64,000 nt of DNA from Epithemia pelagica (lineage: Eukaryota; Protista; Bacillariophyta), in the NCBI GenBank assembly GCA_946965045.2, contig OX337230.1, positions 496,001-560,000 of the forward strand, in the 5' to 3' direction. Below, one piece after another: positions 32,104 to 44,326 of the stretch (positions are counted from its first letter, which is position 1; the number at the start of each line of letters is the position of its first letter). The notes beneath the pieces are model-generated. The model did no database searches. It was not told the origin of the DNA and saw only the letters and a list, made by a program, of their open reading frames with translations. The position numbers and the translations under genes are program-made.

Positions 32104-35100
32104 TTGCTCCCCATCGAAGAGGAAATCCAATTCCTCTCGGACAGTGAAGAAGAAACCACCAGCGATCCATCCGCTGAGCCAAGTGCCGACGACTCCTCCA
32201 CCCAAGGAACCATGCCTCCCACTGCTCCTCCAGCCCCTGCACCAACCGAACGCGTCCCGTTCAAGCCTCCAAGCCCTCGAATGGGTGGTTTAGTCCAACT
32301 CGATGAGTATAAATGGGCTGCCTGGACTGGTGGCAAGCCCCTAGCGAATTGGAAAGGCCTGGATCCAGCCGCATTCAATGGAACCACCCCCTTTCCCCGC
32401 ACCCCTCACCAACGTCGTTTCGGGGTGGACATCACGGGTTTCGAAACCCGCTGTGGTGGATTGTCGAATCGTTTCCGCCAAGGAGACAACCTCCACAAGT
32501 TCATGAAGCGTCTCGACGAGACACTCATTCTCCGCGGCATGGACACCATTGCCTACATGCTCGACCCCGCTGACAACACCCGCATGCGCCATATTGTGAA
32601 GGAGCACACTCGCTTCACCCTGCGCCATGTCCAACAGAACGCCGCGGCCCATTGCCAACAGTTTGACACATATGACGCCGAAAACGACACGGCCGCTCGT
32701 CTGTGCCTTTTGGAATCCGTCGACCTCAAGCTCCGCCAGCGAATTGAAACCAAGACCTCTTCCAACGACTCGTTCTGCCTTACCTGGATGACTTTCATCA
32801 GCATTCTTCAGTCTGATTCAGTCACCAAGTATGACAAACTTGCCGCCAAGATCGCCTCCAGGACCCCATTCATGTACGCCGGCCAAAACATCACGGAAAT
32901 GGCGGCCGACATGAAAGCAGATTGCGAAGACTTGTTTGCCTCCGGATTTTACAAACAAACCTTGACCCTTGGCATCTTAGAAGCGTTCTCTCTTGCGAAT
33001 GGAGACAGCCTCTACAACCTTGGATTGTTGAGTCTCCAACCGCTCATCCAAGCCAAGATTCTTGAAGTCCGTTACAAATCGGACCAGGACCAACAAGCCG
33101 ATCTCGAAGCCGCCGAATTGTCATTCAAAGACATCTGCGACAAGGCCGACTCCTTGTACTCTGATGCAATCAACCGTGGCTCCTGGCCACCGTCGAGCAA
33201 CAACAAAGATACAAAGGTTCCTCCCGAAGTCTTCGGCAAACTCACTGAAGTTCAAGCAATGGCCCTTCGGCAACACATGGGTGGTGCTTTCACAAAAGGA
33301 GCCTGTCTGATTTGTGGCGCCCAAGATCACTGGGCCAAAGATTGCCCCCAGCGTTCCTCCAAGCAGAACTCCGGGCAAAACTCCAACCGTCGCTCCAACT
33401 CCCAATCCAACTCCCAGCAACGATCCAACCGTGGTGGCCGTGATGGAAGAGGCAACCAAGGCGGACGAAATGCTCGCAACAACAACAACCGCAGCAACAA
33501 CAGCTCCTCATCCACGAACTGGAAGAAAATCGCACCCACCGGTGACCAACCAACCCAAAAACAGAGCGATGGCAAAACATACAACTGGTGTGGTATCTGC
33601 GAACGCTGGACGCCCACCCACACCACCGACACCCACAATGGCCCCGTTCCCACCAAGCGCCGCAACAACAACAACAATCGAAACAACCGCCAAGCCCAAG
33701 CCCACACCCTGGCCGTCGACTTTGACCCCTCCGCCTGGGCTGCGGTCATCGACATGGACGAGCTCGTTTGCGTCGCTTGCAGCGACCAAGACGAAACCGA
33801 AAACGAGAACGCGTCTCCTCCTTCCGCAAACGACGAAAACTCCTCCAACTCCATCCCTGACTCCTTCTGGGATGAGTTTTCCCCCACCGACAAAGAAGAT
33901 GATGATGACGCCATCTCCCTTTCCTCATCCTCCAAACCTCCAAGCACCAACTCATCCCCAAGTGAAGACGCTCCCCTGTGGATTGCTGCTGATGATTGTT
34001 TTGGTGCTGGCTCCGACACCGTTGATTGTTACTTTGGTCTTGTTGATGACTCCAGTGACGATGGCAAACCCTTCGCCAATGATGCAGACAAGAACGACAA
34101 CGAACACCATGAACAAACCTCTGTTGCCTCCTCCACACGTAGCATCCTCCTACCTCCAACTCCAGGCAACATTGACGCCCTGGACATCGACATGTCCACT
34201 TTGTCCCTGTCCACTGCTCCTCATGGCCGTTCTCCCCGTCGTACCCACCAAGCCAACACCACCAACGATTCATCCGTCACCTCCGTCCCCACTCGCGTGG
34301 ACCATACCCCCACGTCGACCGATCACCGACGCGAAGCCAATTTCGAAGCTGCCTTCCGTCACATCCCCACTACACCGCACCCCACCGCGTCGTACAACCG
34401 CCCCTTCGTTCCCTTTAGTCGTCCCTTCGGCCATCCATCGGCCATGACTTTAGACTTCGACTATGGCAGTCTTCCCCTGGAATGCATCAACTTTCCATTC
34501 CTAGGGGAAGACATCGCTCCAATTGACCCCGACGACGTCGTCCCCCCTGACCACCATCATGATGATACCTCCTCCTCCTTCGACGAATACACCGTCGACA
34601 GCGGTGTCAGCTCCACCACGGCCACTACGGCCAACGAAACCGCCGTCACGACCGCCACCGCAGTGTCGCTGCCCGTCCCCTCTCCCTCGGCCATGATCAT
34701 CTCCCCTCCTCCGGCCGATGACAACACCGTCGATGGAGATGACGACGATGCTGATGGCAACGACGCCGACGATGGAAATGATGAAGATGACGACGACACC
34801 ATCGACGATGACGACTCCCATGGTCCTCCTCCCGACGACGACCACAACCCAAACTACGATGCCGATCGTGATGATGACTCCAATGGTGCACCAACCTCCC
34901 AGACCACCACCGATACTCCATCTGATGCTGCTGTTACCAGCAACAACAGTGGGGAACCAACCGAATCTTCGCCTCCACCTTCGAATGACGACGACTCATC
35001 CTACGATCTTTTGGCTTCTGACACCGACGAAGCCACTGGTTCTACACCAGCCGAAAATTTGGATTCATCTACTGTATCTGTTATAAGTAGTATTAGTGTG

Positions 35101-38100
35101 ACCACCGACTCTGCTAACATCAGTACTCCCCAAGACCGAACCCCCCTACGTGCACCACTGGCCCGCCCTCCAACTCCGTTCAACCGCCATCTTGACGCGT
35201 GGCGAACAGCGGTTGCAGCGCCAGCCGAGCCAACCACCCCTCGCACGAATGCCCTTGGTCTTTACTCGCCGGTCGAGCCAACTGCTGTGCCATCTTCACC
35301 TCCGTCTCACACGACCCGTCCCCGTCGCACCTTCGACACCGACGATCCAGCAGTCCGCATCCAATGCATGGAACGAGCCGTCGCCCGACTCATCCACGTG
35401 CACACGGCCATCAACAAGGAAGAAGACCTTTCCCAGCTCTCTCCTCTCCGCGACCAACTCGAACAAGCCCGTACAAGTGTCCGCTTCCATCTCGAGACTC
35501 TCCGCCATGATGAATCCGTCCCCAACTCCAGGCTCGGAGCCCTCGATCCTCCCTTGAGCATCCAGTACACCTTCGCTTGGGAAATGGCCACCAATCCCCA
35601 CTACACGGCCACCCAAATGCAGTGTGAAAACACGTGCATCCCCGATCCACCCCCGAGCAAACGAATTAAGTTCGCACCTCATGCCAGCTTAGCATGTGTT
35701 CAACCAACCAACCAACCAAACAAACAACCACCGTCGAGGCGTCCCCCTGTCTCCCGACCACGATATCCTCGGAATCGGCACCAAGATCCCTTGGCCTCCC
35801 AATTCAGTTTGATTGTTTCGTTTTCTGCTCTTATCGTGGCTTCCCTTTCATGGCTCCAACCCACCGTCTTTTTCCACCATCTGTGGTACTATGGCTGCTG
35901 TATCCCCTTGACCCTCTCGTGGATTGGTGAATTTCTCCTCACACATCGGCTCCTTCCCCGCTCCAAACACCATCTCCGTCCTCGCCGGCACCCTTGGGCA
36001 CACCCAATGATGAGCCATGCTTCATCACGTGCATGCTCTTCTCTGGCCGAATGGTTTGTTGCGTCGTTTCGTACATGGTGGATCCACCACTGCCCCAACC
36101 TCTGCTCCACACCAGAGGGAGAGAGTCCACCAAACAATGGTGCTCCACAGAGGGCACGCCATCCAAACCGTTCCAATCGACACCGACGACGCCAACGACG
36201 AGGCAACCAGCAGCACACCCATGGACCATCCCACCAAGACTCCATCTCCGAACCTCAACTTTGCGCCCTCATTAACCAACTCGGCGAAAGTGAAGCCTTG
36301 AAAATGGCCCTCCAAGCTCCAGCCAAATTCAGATCCGCCATGGAAAACCAAAACTCATCCAGTTTCCCCATCATCTGGGACTCCGGAGCGAGTATTGCTG
36401 TGTCAAACACCAAGTCCGATTTTGTTGGATCGATCCGAAAAGTACGACCAGACCTGCAACTCAAAGGTGTTGCCCAAGGCGTCCCAATCAACGGACTCGG
36501 CACCGTCCACTGGTCCGTCATGGACACCAGAGGCAATCTCCGCACCCTCAAACTCTTGGCCTTGTTCATCCCATCGGCCAATTGTAGATTGTTGAGCACA
36601 ACACATCTCCTCCAACAATACCCCGGAGAAACCATCACCCTTCAAGACTGTGGATTGACTCTCAGCGGGATACAAGACGACTCTACTCGGACCCCGGTCT
36701 TTGCAACCATCAATCCGACCAACAACCTTCCCACCTGCTATGGCTATGGAAAAGATGGAATCCACCGATCCATCCGAGCACTCGTGACCACTATCACCGT
36801 CGTCCACGAACGAAACTTGAACTTGACCGAACCACAGAAGGAATGGCTTCGGTGGCACCAACGACTTTGCCACATGAACTTTCGCACCATCCAATTCCTT
36901 TTTAAATCCGGTGTATTGTCACGTTCTGCGTCAAACCGTCAGTTGCACACAGCCATCTGCAAACTACGGAGTCCGCCCATGTGTGCCGCCTGTCAATACG
37001 GCAAACAACGACAACGGTCAACACCAGGACAAACAGTCACCAAAGTTCTCGACCGTGACGGTGCCCTCAAAAACAACGACCTGTTTCCGGGCCAAAGTGT
37101 GTCGGTGGACCACTTTATTTGCTCCACGAAAGGTAGATTGTTTACGTCGAAAGGAAAGACAAAAGATGAGAAAATGTTTTGCGGAGGATGCATCTTTGTT
37201 GATCACGCCAGCGGCCACATTGATGTGGTCTTTCAGGCGCATCTCAACACTCACGAGACTTTGAATGCCAAACTCACCTTCGAGCAACGTTGCAAGGATG
37301 TGGGTGTCGTTCCCCAACGATACCACACTGACAACGGCAGCTGTTTCACTGCACAAGACTACACCAGGCAACTCGAAACCTTTGCCCAGATTCGGTCCTA
37401 CGCTGGAGTCGGCGCCCATCACCAGAATGGCGTCGCCGAACGAGCCATCCAAACCATCATGTCGATGGCTCGGACGATGATGCTCCACGCCAGCATCCAC
37501 TGGCCTGAGACAGCGGATCCCACCCTCTGGCCCATGGCGGTCTCCCACGCCGTCTTTGTCTTCAACCACGTTCCCAATCCGTCCACTGGCGTCTCACCCC
37601 ACGATATCTTTTCAAGAACGAGATGGCCACAAAAACGGCTACACGATCTTCATGTCTGGGGAGCACCTGTGTACGTCCTGGAAAAACGAATTGCAGACGG
37701 TAAGAAACTGCCAAGATGGCAACCAAGATCACAACGAGGGATGAACATGGGACTTTCTCCCCACCATGCCACCACAGCACCACTCGTTTTGAATCTTTCC
37801 ACGGGCGCCATCACACCGCAGTACCATGTCGTTTTCGACGATTGGTTTGCAACGGTGCCGACTCCAGCCGACCACAACACCACAGAAGACATCTCCAGAC
37901 TTGACAGTGTCTTTGGCGACATGACCAATCATCTGCACTCACCGGGGTACGACAACGATGACTGTGTGGACGACGCTGTCACCAGTGCACCACTTGCTGC
38001 TGTCAACCATCGTTCTGAAGACAATATTTTTACGTCTATGGAACGAACTGTTCCGTCTGTCCCTCTTTCTGTTGACACGCCAGCCGTCTCTGTCCCCAGA

Positions 38101-40194
38101 ACTCCCCCAGCCACTCCCACCACCCAGCCCTCCACGACTGCTTTGTCTCGTCTTGCCCCGTCGGTTAGTGCCCCACTCCCTTCTCCGCCTCCCGTGCCAC
38201 CTCCGACCACGCCAGTGCGCGATGTCCCTCCGCGCGCGGCGACACCTCCAAGGCCCCAACCTGCTGTTTCCTTCTCGGAACCGCTCGTTTTGCCTTCCCC
38301 GTCGTCTCCTGTCCCCGTGCACTCGGAACAGAGGGAGAATCCAGCACCACTGTCGCCTCTCCGCATGGCACCAGCCTCCAATCCCTCTTCTCCTCAGAAG
38401 GAGTCTCTCTCCTCGAGACAGCCCTCCTCTCAGAGGGAGCCGCCCTCTCAGAGGGAGCCACCAAGCAATCCTCCTTCCGACGCACCATCTGCTCGACGAT
38501 CCAACCGTGTCCGTCGTTCACCAAGTCGTCTCATCGAGAACATGGACGCCGCCCAACAATCCTATGTCGCCAATCAAGCCGAATTCGATGACATCAGTGG
38601 ATTCAAGGTTGCCATTTCAGATCCAGACACTCTGTCCTACGAACAAGCACGACAAGACAAGGATATTGACCATTGGAGAGAAGCGGCTAGAGTAGAAATT
38701 GAAGAACTAACTAACAAGGGTACATGGACTGAGGTTCCAGAGGAAGAAGCAACATCAAGAATCATCCCTGGCACCTGGGTCTTCAAGCGCAAGCGCCACC
38801 CAGACGGAACCATCAAGAAATACAAGGCCAGATATTGTGTCCGCGGCGATCTTCAAGAAGGTGATTTCGACACCTACTCACCCGTCGTCAACTGGGCCTC
38901 GATTCGTATCGCCCTGGTACTTGCCCTGGCTCGCAATTGGGCAATGGTCTGCATCGATTTCAACAATGCCTTCGTTCAGGCCGAGTTGAAAGATCCTGTT
39001 TGGATCCATATTCCGCGCGGTTTCTCCTCCACCAAGACCACCAAAACCTGTCTCCGACTCCACAAGAGCCTTTATGGACTCTCGGTTGCACCTCGGTTGT
39101 GGTACCAACGTCTCCGACAAGCCTTGCTCGACGATGGCTTCACCTAGAGCAAATTCGACGAATGTGTCTTCCTCAAGGAAAACATGATGGTGTTTCTCTG
39201 GGTGGATGATTGTGGTATTATTGCTCCAACGATGGACGCAATCAACGAATTTGTGAAACGACTCAAGGCTCGAGGATTCGAGCTCTCCGTGGACAGTGAT
39301 TTTGCTGAGTACTTGGGCATCCATTTCACTCGGAAGGATGGAACAATTACAATGACCCAACCAGGGCTCATCAAGAAGATCGTTGAGGCCACAGGCATGA
39401 CAAATTGCAATGGCAACTTTGTGCCAGCCTCCCAAGTGTGCCTTGGCAGTGACCCTGATGGACCACCGATGAAAGAAAAATGGAACTACCGTTCCATCGT
39501 CGGCATGCTCCTTTACCTTTCCACCAATACACGGCCAGATATCAGTTTTGCCGTCTCCCAAGTCGCTCGCTTTTCAACCAACCCGAAACAATCCCATGCC
39601 CAAGCCATCAAAATGATTGTCCGATACCTCTGGAGAACTGTAGATTGCGGGACAATTTTTCGGCCAACAACCGCCTTCAAGGTTGATTGCTATGTGGATG
39701 CGGATTTCATGGGCCTCCATGGCCGTGAATCCGAGGACGAACCGATCAGTGCCAAATCACGTACTGGATACATCATCCATTTTGGCGGTTGTCCCTTGGT
39801 CTGGAAATCTCAGCTCCAAAGTGAGATTGCCACCAGTACCTTCCACGCCGAATACGTCGCGCTTTCGCAAAGCATGCGTGTTGTTGTGTGGCTCCAAGAC
39901 ATCTTGTTCGAGATTAACCACCACCTTGACCTCGGCACCGACTCCCCAACCATCTTTGCTGAAGTCCATGAGGACAACAACAGCGCGTATCTTCTTGCCA
40001 ACAACCAGCGCCTCTCGTCCCGTTCCAGATCCCTCAACAACAAATACCACTGGTTCTGGGAAGCTGTGAAAGGGACGAATGCAACAGTTAGAATCTCCAA
40101 GATCGAAACAACGATGCAACGAGCGGACTATCTTACCAAAGGACTCTGCCGTGATGTTTTTGAGAGGATTCGGAAACTGAATCAAGGTTGGTGA
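32104..40194 (+). pseudogene. Single-frame gag-pol of element 3 (~2690 codons) with one in-frame TAG (39145-39147) in RT
   Basis: CCHC CLICGAQDHWAKDC; PR IIWDSGAS; HQRLCH..CAAC; integrase SVDHF..HTDNG..NGVAER; RT WVDD; RNase H YVDADF. The frame resumes directly after TAG. Confidence 0.94.
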
Positions 40195-40235
40195 TTGACT
40201 GTGTTTGAAAAGATATCGCCCTTGTCAAGAGGGAG

Positions 40236-40621
40236 AGTCGCGGTTAATCAGTGTGACGGACAGGCGATATGGCAGTCACGATTCGAATCTGTGAGACATA
40301 GAATCGTGTCCCCACTATGTATCCAAGAGCAATGCCTTACTACCAGAGAAGGCATTGCCCGTCGCATAGTAACCAAGCTCTAGCCATTGGCAATTGGCAT
40401 CAATGGTTCCAAACTAACCTCCATGAGTAAATGAGGAATTGATTCCTCGTGAGGAATCAAATGAGGAATCGAATGTAGTTCCTAAACCTAGAGCTTATAG
40501 TATCAACAAACAGAAAGTTGTGAAACAACTTCTCTAGTGTATTGTCGTGGAGACTTGATCACCTCCACGCCAATATAGGTACTACCCCTAGCTACTACAG
40601 AGTATCCTGTGTACTTTGACT
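40236..40621 (+). repeat. 3' LTR of element 3
   Basis: Direct repeat of 31551-31929; followed by TSD CCGTG. Confidence 0.93.
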
Positions 40622-41848
40622 CCGTGTTTTGTCTGCCGAAAAGAGTTGGAATGTTGTCGTAGCAATTCCAGAACCATGGAAAGAATAGACAAACGGAGAG
40701 AGAGGAAACGGGATGCGGAACAGAACCTGGTGACCTTCGGTGACCCGTTGCTTTTGTGTGCATATCTGAGGGATGGTCCAGTTGGATGAAAACAAAAAGC
40801 AGCAAATCGCGTCGAGTGTTTGGGAGTGTACGAATTGGTTGCCAATCTCAAGACCTTCCACATAAATTCGAAAACCATGAAACCATGACTGTGGAACGTC
40901 AGGAACGCTTCAACATCTTTCAAACAGTTTCTTTGCAAACCTTTCGAGAGGGACACTTTGATTCGAAACATGTCTTGTCGGGCCAACAGCATTGGAACGG
41001 AGAAAGGGAACGTGATGCGGAACTGGACAAGAGGACCCGTCTGGTTCTACTTTGGTGTGTGCACAGTGGAGATGAGCCACTTAAAGGGACAAGATGACCC
41101 GTCTGGTTCTACTGTTGTGTGTGCACATTGTAGATTGGTGATGGAAGCAGCAAGTCTTGTGTGTCGTGTTTGGAAACATGCATTGGTTGTATTTCGTTTG
41201 ATTCTCGTAACGGTTTGGAAGGTCTTGATGATTCCAAGATCTTCCAAACCATTACGAAACTCAACGAAACATGACTGCGGCAAGTCATGCATGATTCAAC
41301 GGACACATCTTTCAAGCGTTCTTCTACAAGCCTCAGAGGGACACTTTGATTCGAAACGTACTGTGTCTGCCGAAAAGAGTTTGGGTGTTGTCGCAATTTC
41401 AGAAAAATGGAGGGAACATACAAAAAGACAAAAGGGAAGAGAGAGGAACAGACCAGATGGCCCGTCTGGCTCACTGGTGTGTGTGCATATCAGAGATGGG
41501 CCAGTTCGATAGATCATGGTGTTTTGGAGAATCCGCGAGGTCAAAATTTTAGTTTTATACGGGGGGCGGTAATCTCGGACTTTTGTGCAAATGCCGGTTG
41601 TAGTTTCGAGTTTTCGCTTACTGTTCGTCGAGGCGACATGCTCGTTGGCATGGTCGGGTGAGTCTCCACGGTCGTCGGGGTGTTCCAGAAATTTCTTGCT
41701 GCTGCCTTTCCACATGGAAAAGATCGTTTTCTCGCCACGAACCACAAGAGCTTTCCTAGTGAAGTGCACCTCCTGTCCAAAGATTTGGAGGCCGCACCTC
41801 CTGTCCAAAGATTTGGAGGCCGTGCTGGCACCTCCGTTTGTGGCCTCC

Positions 41849-43297
41849 ATGTCGGAAGCGTCGGCGGGTCAGGACGACCCGGACGAGACGGACCACGAGA
41901 GTCTCCGTGAATACGTAGACTCTATCTTGGCGTCTCTGCCGGAAACCAACGAAACTTTGAGTCCTCCTTTGCAAGATGAAAGGCCGCGGCGCGAAACCGA
42001 CCAATTTTCAAATCCTCCTCAAGGCGACAGTTTGCAACTCGCAACGGACCATCTCTCCAGTCCTCCCCAAGATGGAATGCCGCGAATCGAAGCAGACCAA
42101 CTCTCAAATCTTCATTACGACGAAAGGTTGCAACTGGAAACGGACCAACTCCCCAGTCCTCCACAAGATGGAATGCTTCGAACCGAAGCGGGCCAACTCT
42201 CAAATCTTCATTACGACGAAAGGATGCAACTGGAAACAGACCATCTCTCAAATCCTCCCCAAGATGGAAGTCCTCGAATCGAAGCGGGCCAACTTTCAAA
42301 TCCTCCTCAAGACGAGAGTTTGCAACTCGAAAGGGACCAACTCTCAAACCGTCCCCTAGTAGATGGACGGCATCACATCGAAGCGGGTCAATTCTCCCAA
42401 CCTCCTCAAGACAAAAGACGGCGGCGACTTGAAACCGACGGAATGGCCAGTTCCAACCAAGACAACACGCTTCAACCTGAAAATGACGAAATCGCGCTTC
42501 TTCGGCAACAACTGGAATTGATCCACGTCCCTGGTGTGACAATAGATCCTTGGCATCCGGCTCTGGAGTCGATGTGGCGCGAGTGGACGGAGACTGTCTC
42601 GCTTGAAGAGTTTGCTTGGCAGTCATGCGTGTACGGTTGCTTGATGCCAAAGCGAAACTCTCAACAAACGAAGTCCAAAACACATTCCGAGAGAAAGAAA
42701 AAAGCTAGGTCGAAAAGCAACTATCGACTCAACCGGCTGAAACAAGTGGGCCCTGAATTTGGTTTCTTGCTCGATCCTGGTAGCAGTTGGAGCCGATATG
42801 CCCACAATCGCAAGCTGTCTGACGAGGAGGTTCGCCTGGCCGTTTCGCGGAGTCATGAGGCATGGAAGAAACTCAAACGCCTCAAGAAACACAAACGCCT
42901 TCGTGGAGAGAGGGTGTTAGAAGAGTTGAAGCGGCGCTTTGGTTCTAGGATCAAACGTTTCATCGATACATCCATTGAGAAGAAAGAACCCCCTTTGGGG
43001 TTTAGGACATTGAAGGACGTCAACGTTGTGGATGCTTGGAACCGCGTTGTTGATTTTATCTCTGCGTTGGAAGAAAGCGATGATGATGACGAAGATTCTG
43101 AGGTTATGGATGTTAGTAAGAGAGCTCTCCTGTTTTTGATATTGCAGTGTGAAAAATGTCATGGGCCTTACAATTTTTCCTCCCAGCCTGGTCCGAAGGA
43201 TGACAAGGATCCCGAAAACAATGATGGTGACGGTGATGGAGATGGTAGTGGGCCAATGGGAGACTCAGGCAGTGCTTTGGTGGATCTTGAAACATAG
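41849..43297 (+). CDS. Hypothetical protein with about 10 tandem 16-aa repeats and a basic central region
   Basis: Long open frame; repeats of the type QLSNPPQDG..RIEA(D/G) at ~41955-42440; acidic C-terminus. Confidence 0.55.
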   Translation: MSEASAGQDDPDETDHESLREYVDSILASLPETNETLSPPLQDERPRRETDQFSNPPQGDSLQLATDHLSSPPQDGMPRIEADQLSNLHYDERLQLETDQLPSPPQDGMLRTEAGQLSNLHYDERMQLETDHLSNPPQDGSPRIEAGQLSNPPQDESLQLERDQLSNRPLVDGRHHIEAGQFSQPPQDKRRRRLETDGMASSNQDNTLQPENDEIALLRQQLELIHVPGVTIDPWHPALESMWREWTETVSLEEFAWQSCVYGCLMPKRNSQQTKSKTHSERKKKARSKSNYRLNRLKQVGPEFGFLLDPGSSWSRYAHNRKLSDEEVRLAVSRSHEAWKKLKRLKKHKRLRGERVLEELKRRFGSRIKRFIDTSIEKKEPPLGFRTLKDVNVVDAWNRVVDFISALEESDDDDEDSEVMDVSKRALLFLILQCEKCHGPYNFSSQPGPKDDKDPENNDGDGDGDGSGPMGDSGSALVDLET

Positions 43298-44326
43298 TTG
43301 TTGTGACAAGGAAAACAACAACCATGTCTGAAGAACTTTCAGTGCAACTGGAAATGTGTCGGAGGATTGGAAGTTAATGTGAGAATAATGGAGTGAGCAA
43401 AAGAAATCTCACGACAGTGTATGGTGACCCGGAATGGCTTCGACTTCTCCGCCTTCAATCGGTTGGTGAGGACGAGCATTCACGTGCCATTATGCACTGT
43501 CGACCTTGAGGCATCTTTGCTCTCTGAAAATATCATGAGTCCATGTGCCCCTGCGATTATCGTTGGTATCCATTCGGAATGCCAACCATTGAATGTTTGA
43601 CCCAGTTTAGGCACTATGATAAGATGGATTGCATTTGTAGGAATACTTCTTCATATTTCGTAGCGTGCTGCTAGGCTCAACATGGAGGTAGTCCGCTTGT
43701 TCGCTAGTGTTGCCATTGACCACGAAACATAGTCAATTCCACTCGGAAAAGAATAACATCTTGTCATCACTGAACAGCGTTGGTGTGCATCTGTACATGG
43801 TCATCGATAAGGGAATGACCACTCCGTTTGCAAACGAGTTTTCGCAAAATCAACTGAAGTTCCTCACAGGTTGTGCCACACAGTTTTGGTCATGGCGAGT
43901 ACAGAGGAATTACCTGGATGAAAACTCAGAATCAGACGGCGAGCAGGAAGCATTGGGTATGAATACGACACCATGTGACACGGAACAGCCCATCATGAAC
44001 ACATCCCAGAGAGAAAGACAGATTTCGCGAGACAGTCGAACAAGAGTTCTGACACAAGAGCAATGAGTTTTTCGTAGCATGCCCAAAAGACATCTCTGAT
44101 CCAGTAGTTCGTCGCAAGAAACATGTCAATGGCCGCCCTCGCCAAGAGGGGAGGGGGAAAGGACGATTCAACGGCCTACGGTCTGGCACGACGACGCTTC
44201 CTATACAAGCCCTAGTTCCTGGCTCCTACACAAACGCAGACAATCACAACATTCTCACGTTCGCAGCGGAATGAGAATCCTGTGGCACCCTAAAGAACCA
44301 ATGATACCCCCAAGAGTGGGGTGAGT

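Larger units (their letters stand above)
31551..40621 (+). mobile_element. Ty1/copia LTR retrotransposon, element 3 (9071 bp) with AGTC..GACT termini
   Basis: LTRs at 31551-31929 (379 bp) and 40236-40621 (386 bp; a 7-bp duplication and 1 SNP seen); TSD CCGTG at 31546-31550 and 40622-40626; PPT AAGAGGGAG. Confidence 0.96.
30527..41520. repeat. Degenerate tandem array of ~400-530-bp units, interrupted by copia element 3
   Basis: 30527-30938 and 31058-31467 are close copies (period ~531). Blocks GTCTGCCGAAAAG, CATTCCAGAACCATGG, GAGAGAG.GAAC, ACACTTTGATTCGAA and AAACATGACTGCGGCAAG recur to ~41520. Confidence 0.8.

Noticed and set aside
33121-38825. Many long antisense and alternate-frame ORFs over element 3 and over the genes at 44-62 kb
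   Set aside because: Expected shadows of low-complexity or GC-rich coding sequence; no independent motifs.
43300-44200. Possible degraded coding sequence
   Set aside because: Hand translation of part of the region gave multiple stops and no recognisable motif; cannot be assigned without a search.
41527-44280. 8-bp direct repeat GAGAATCC as a TSD of a hAT/MULE-like element
   Set aside because: No terminal inverted repeats inside the pair and no transposase; likely chance.
44281-44293. CACCC|TAA as a Harbinger right end at the island boundary
   Set aside because: No matching left end was found in the window.
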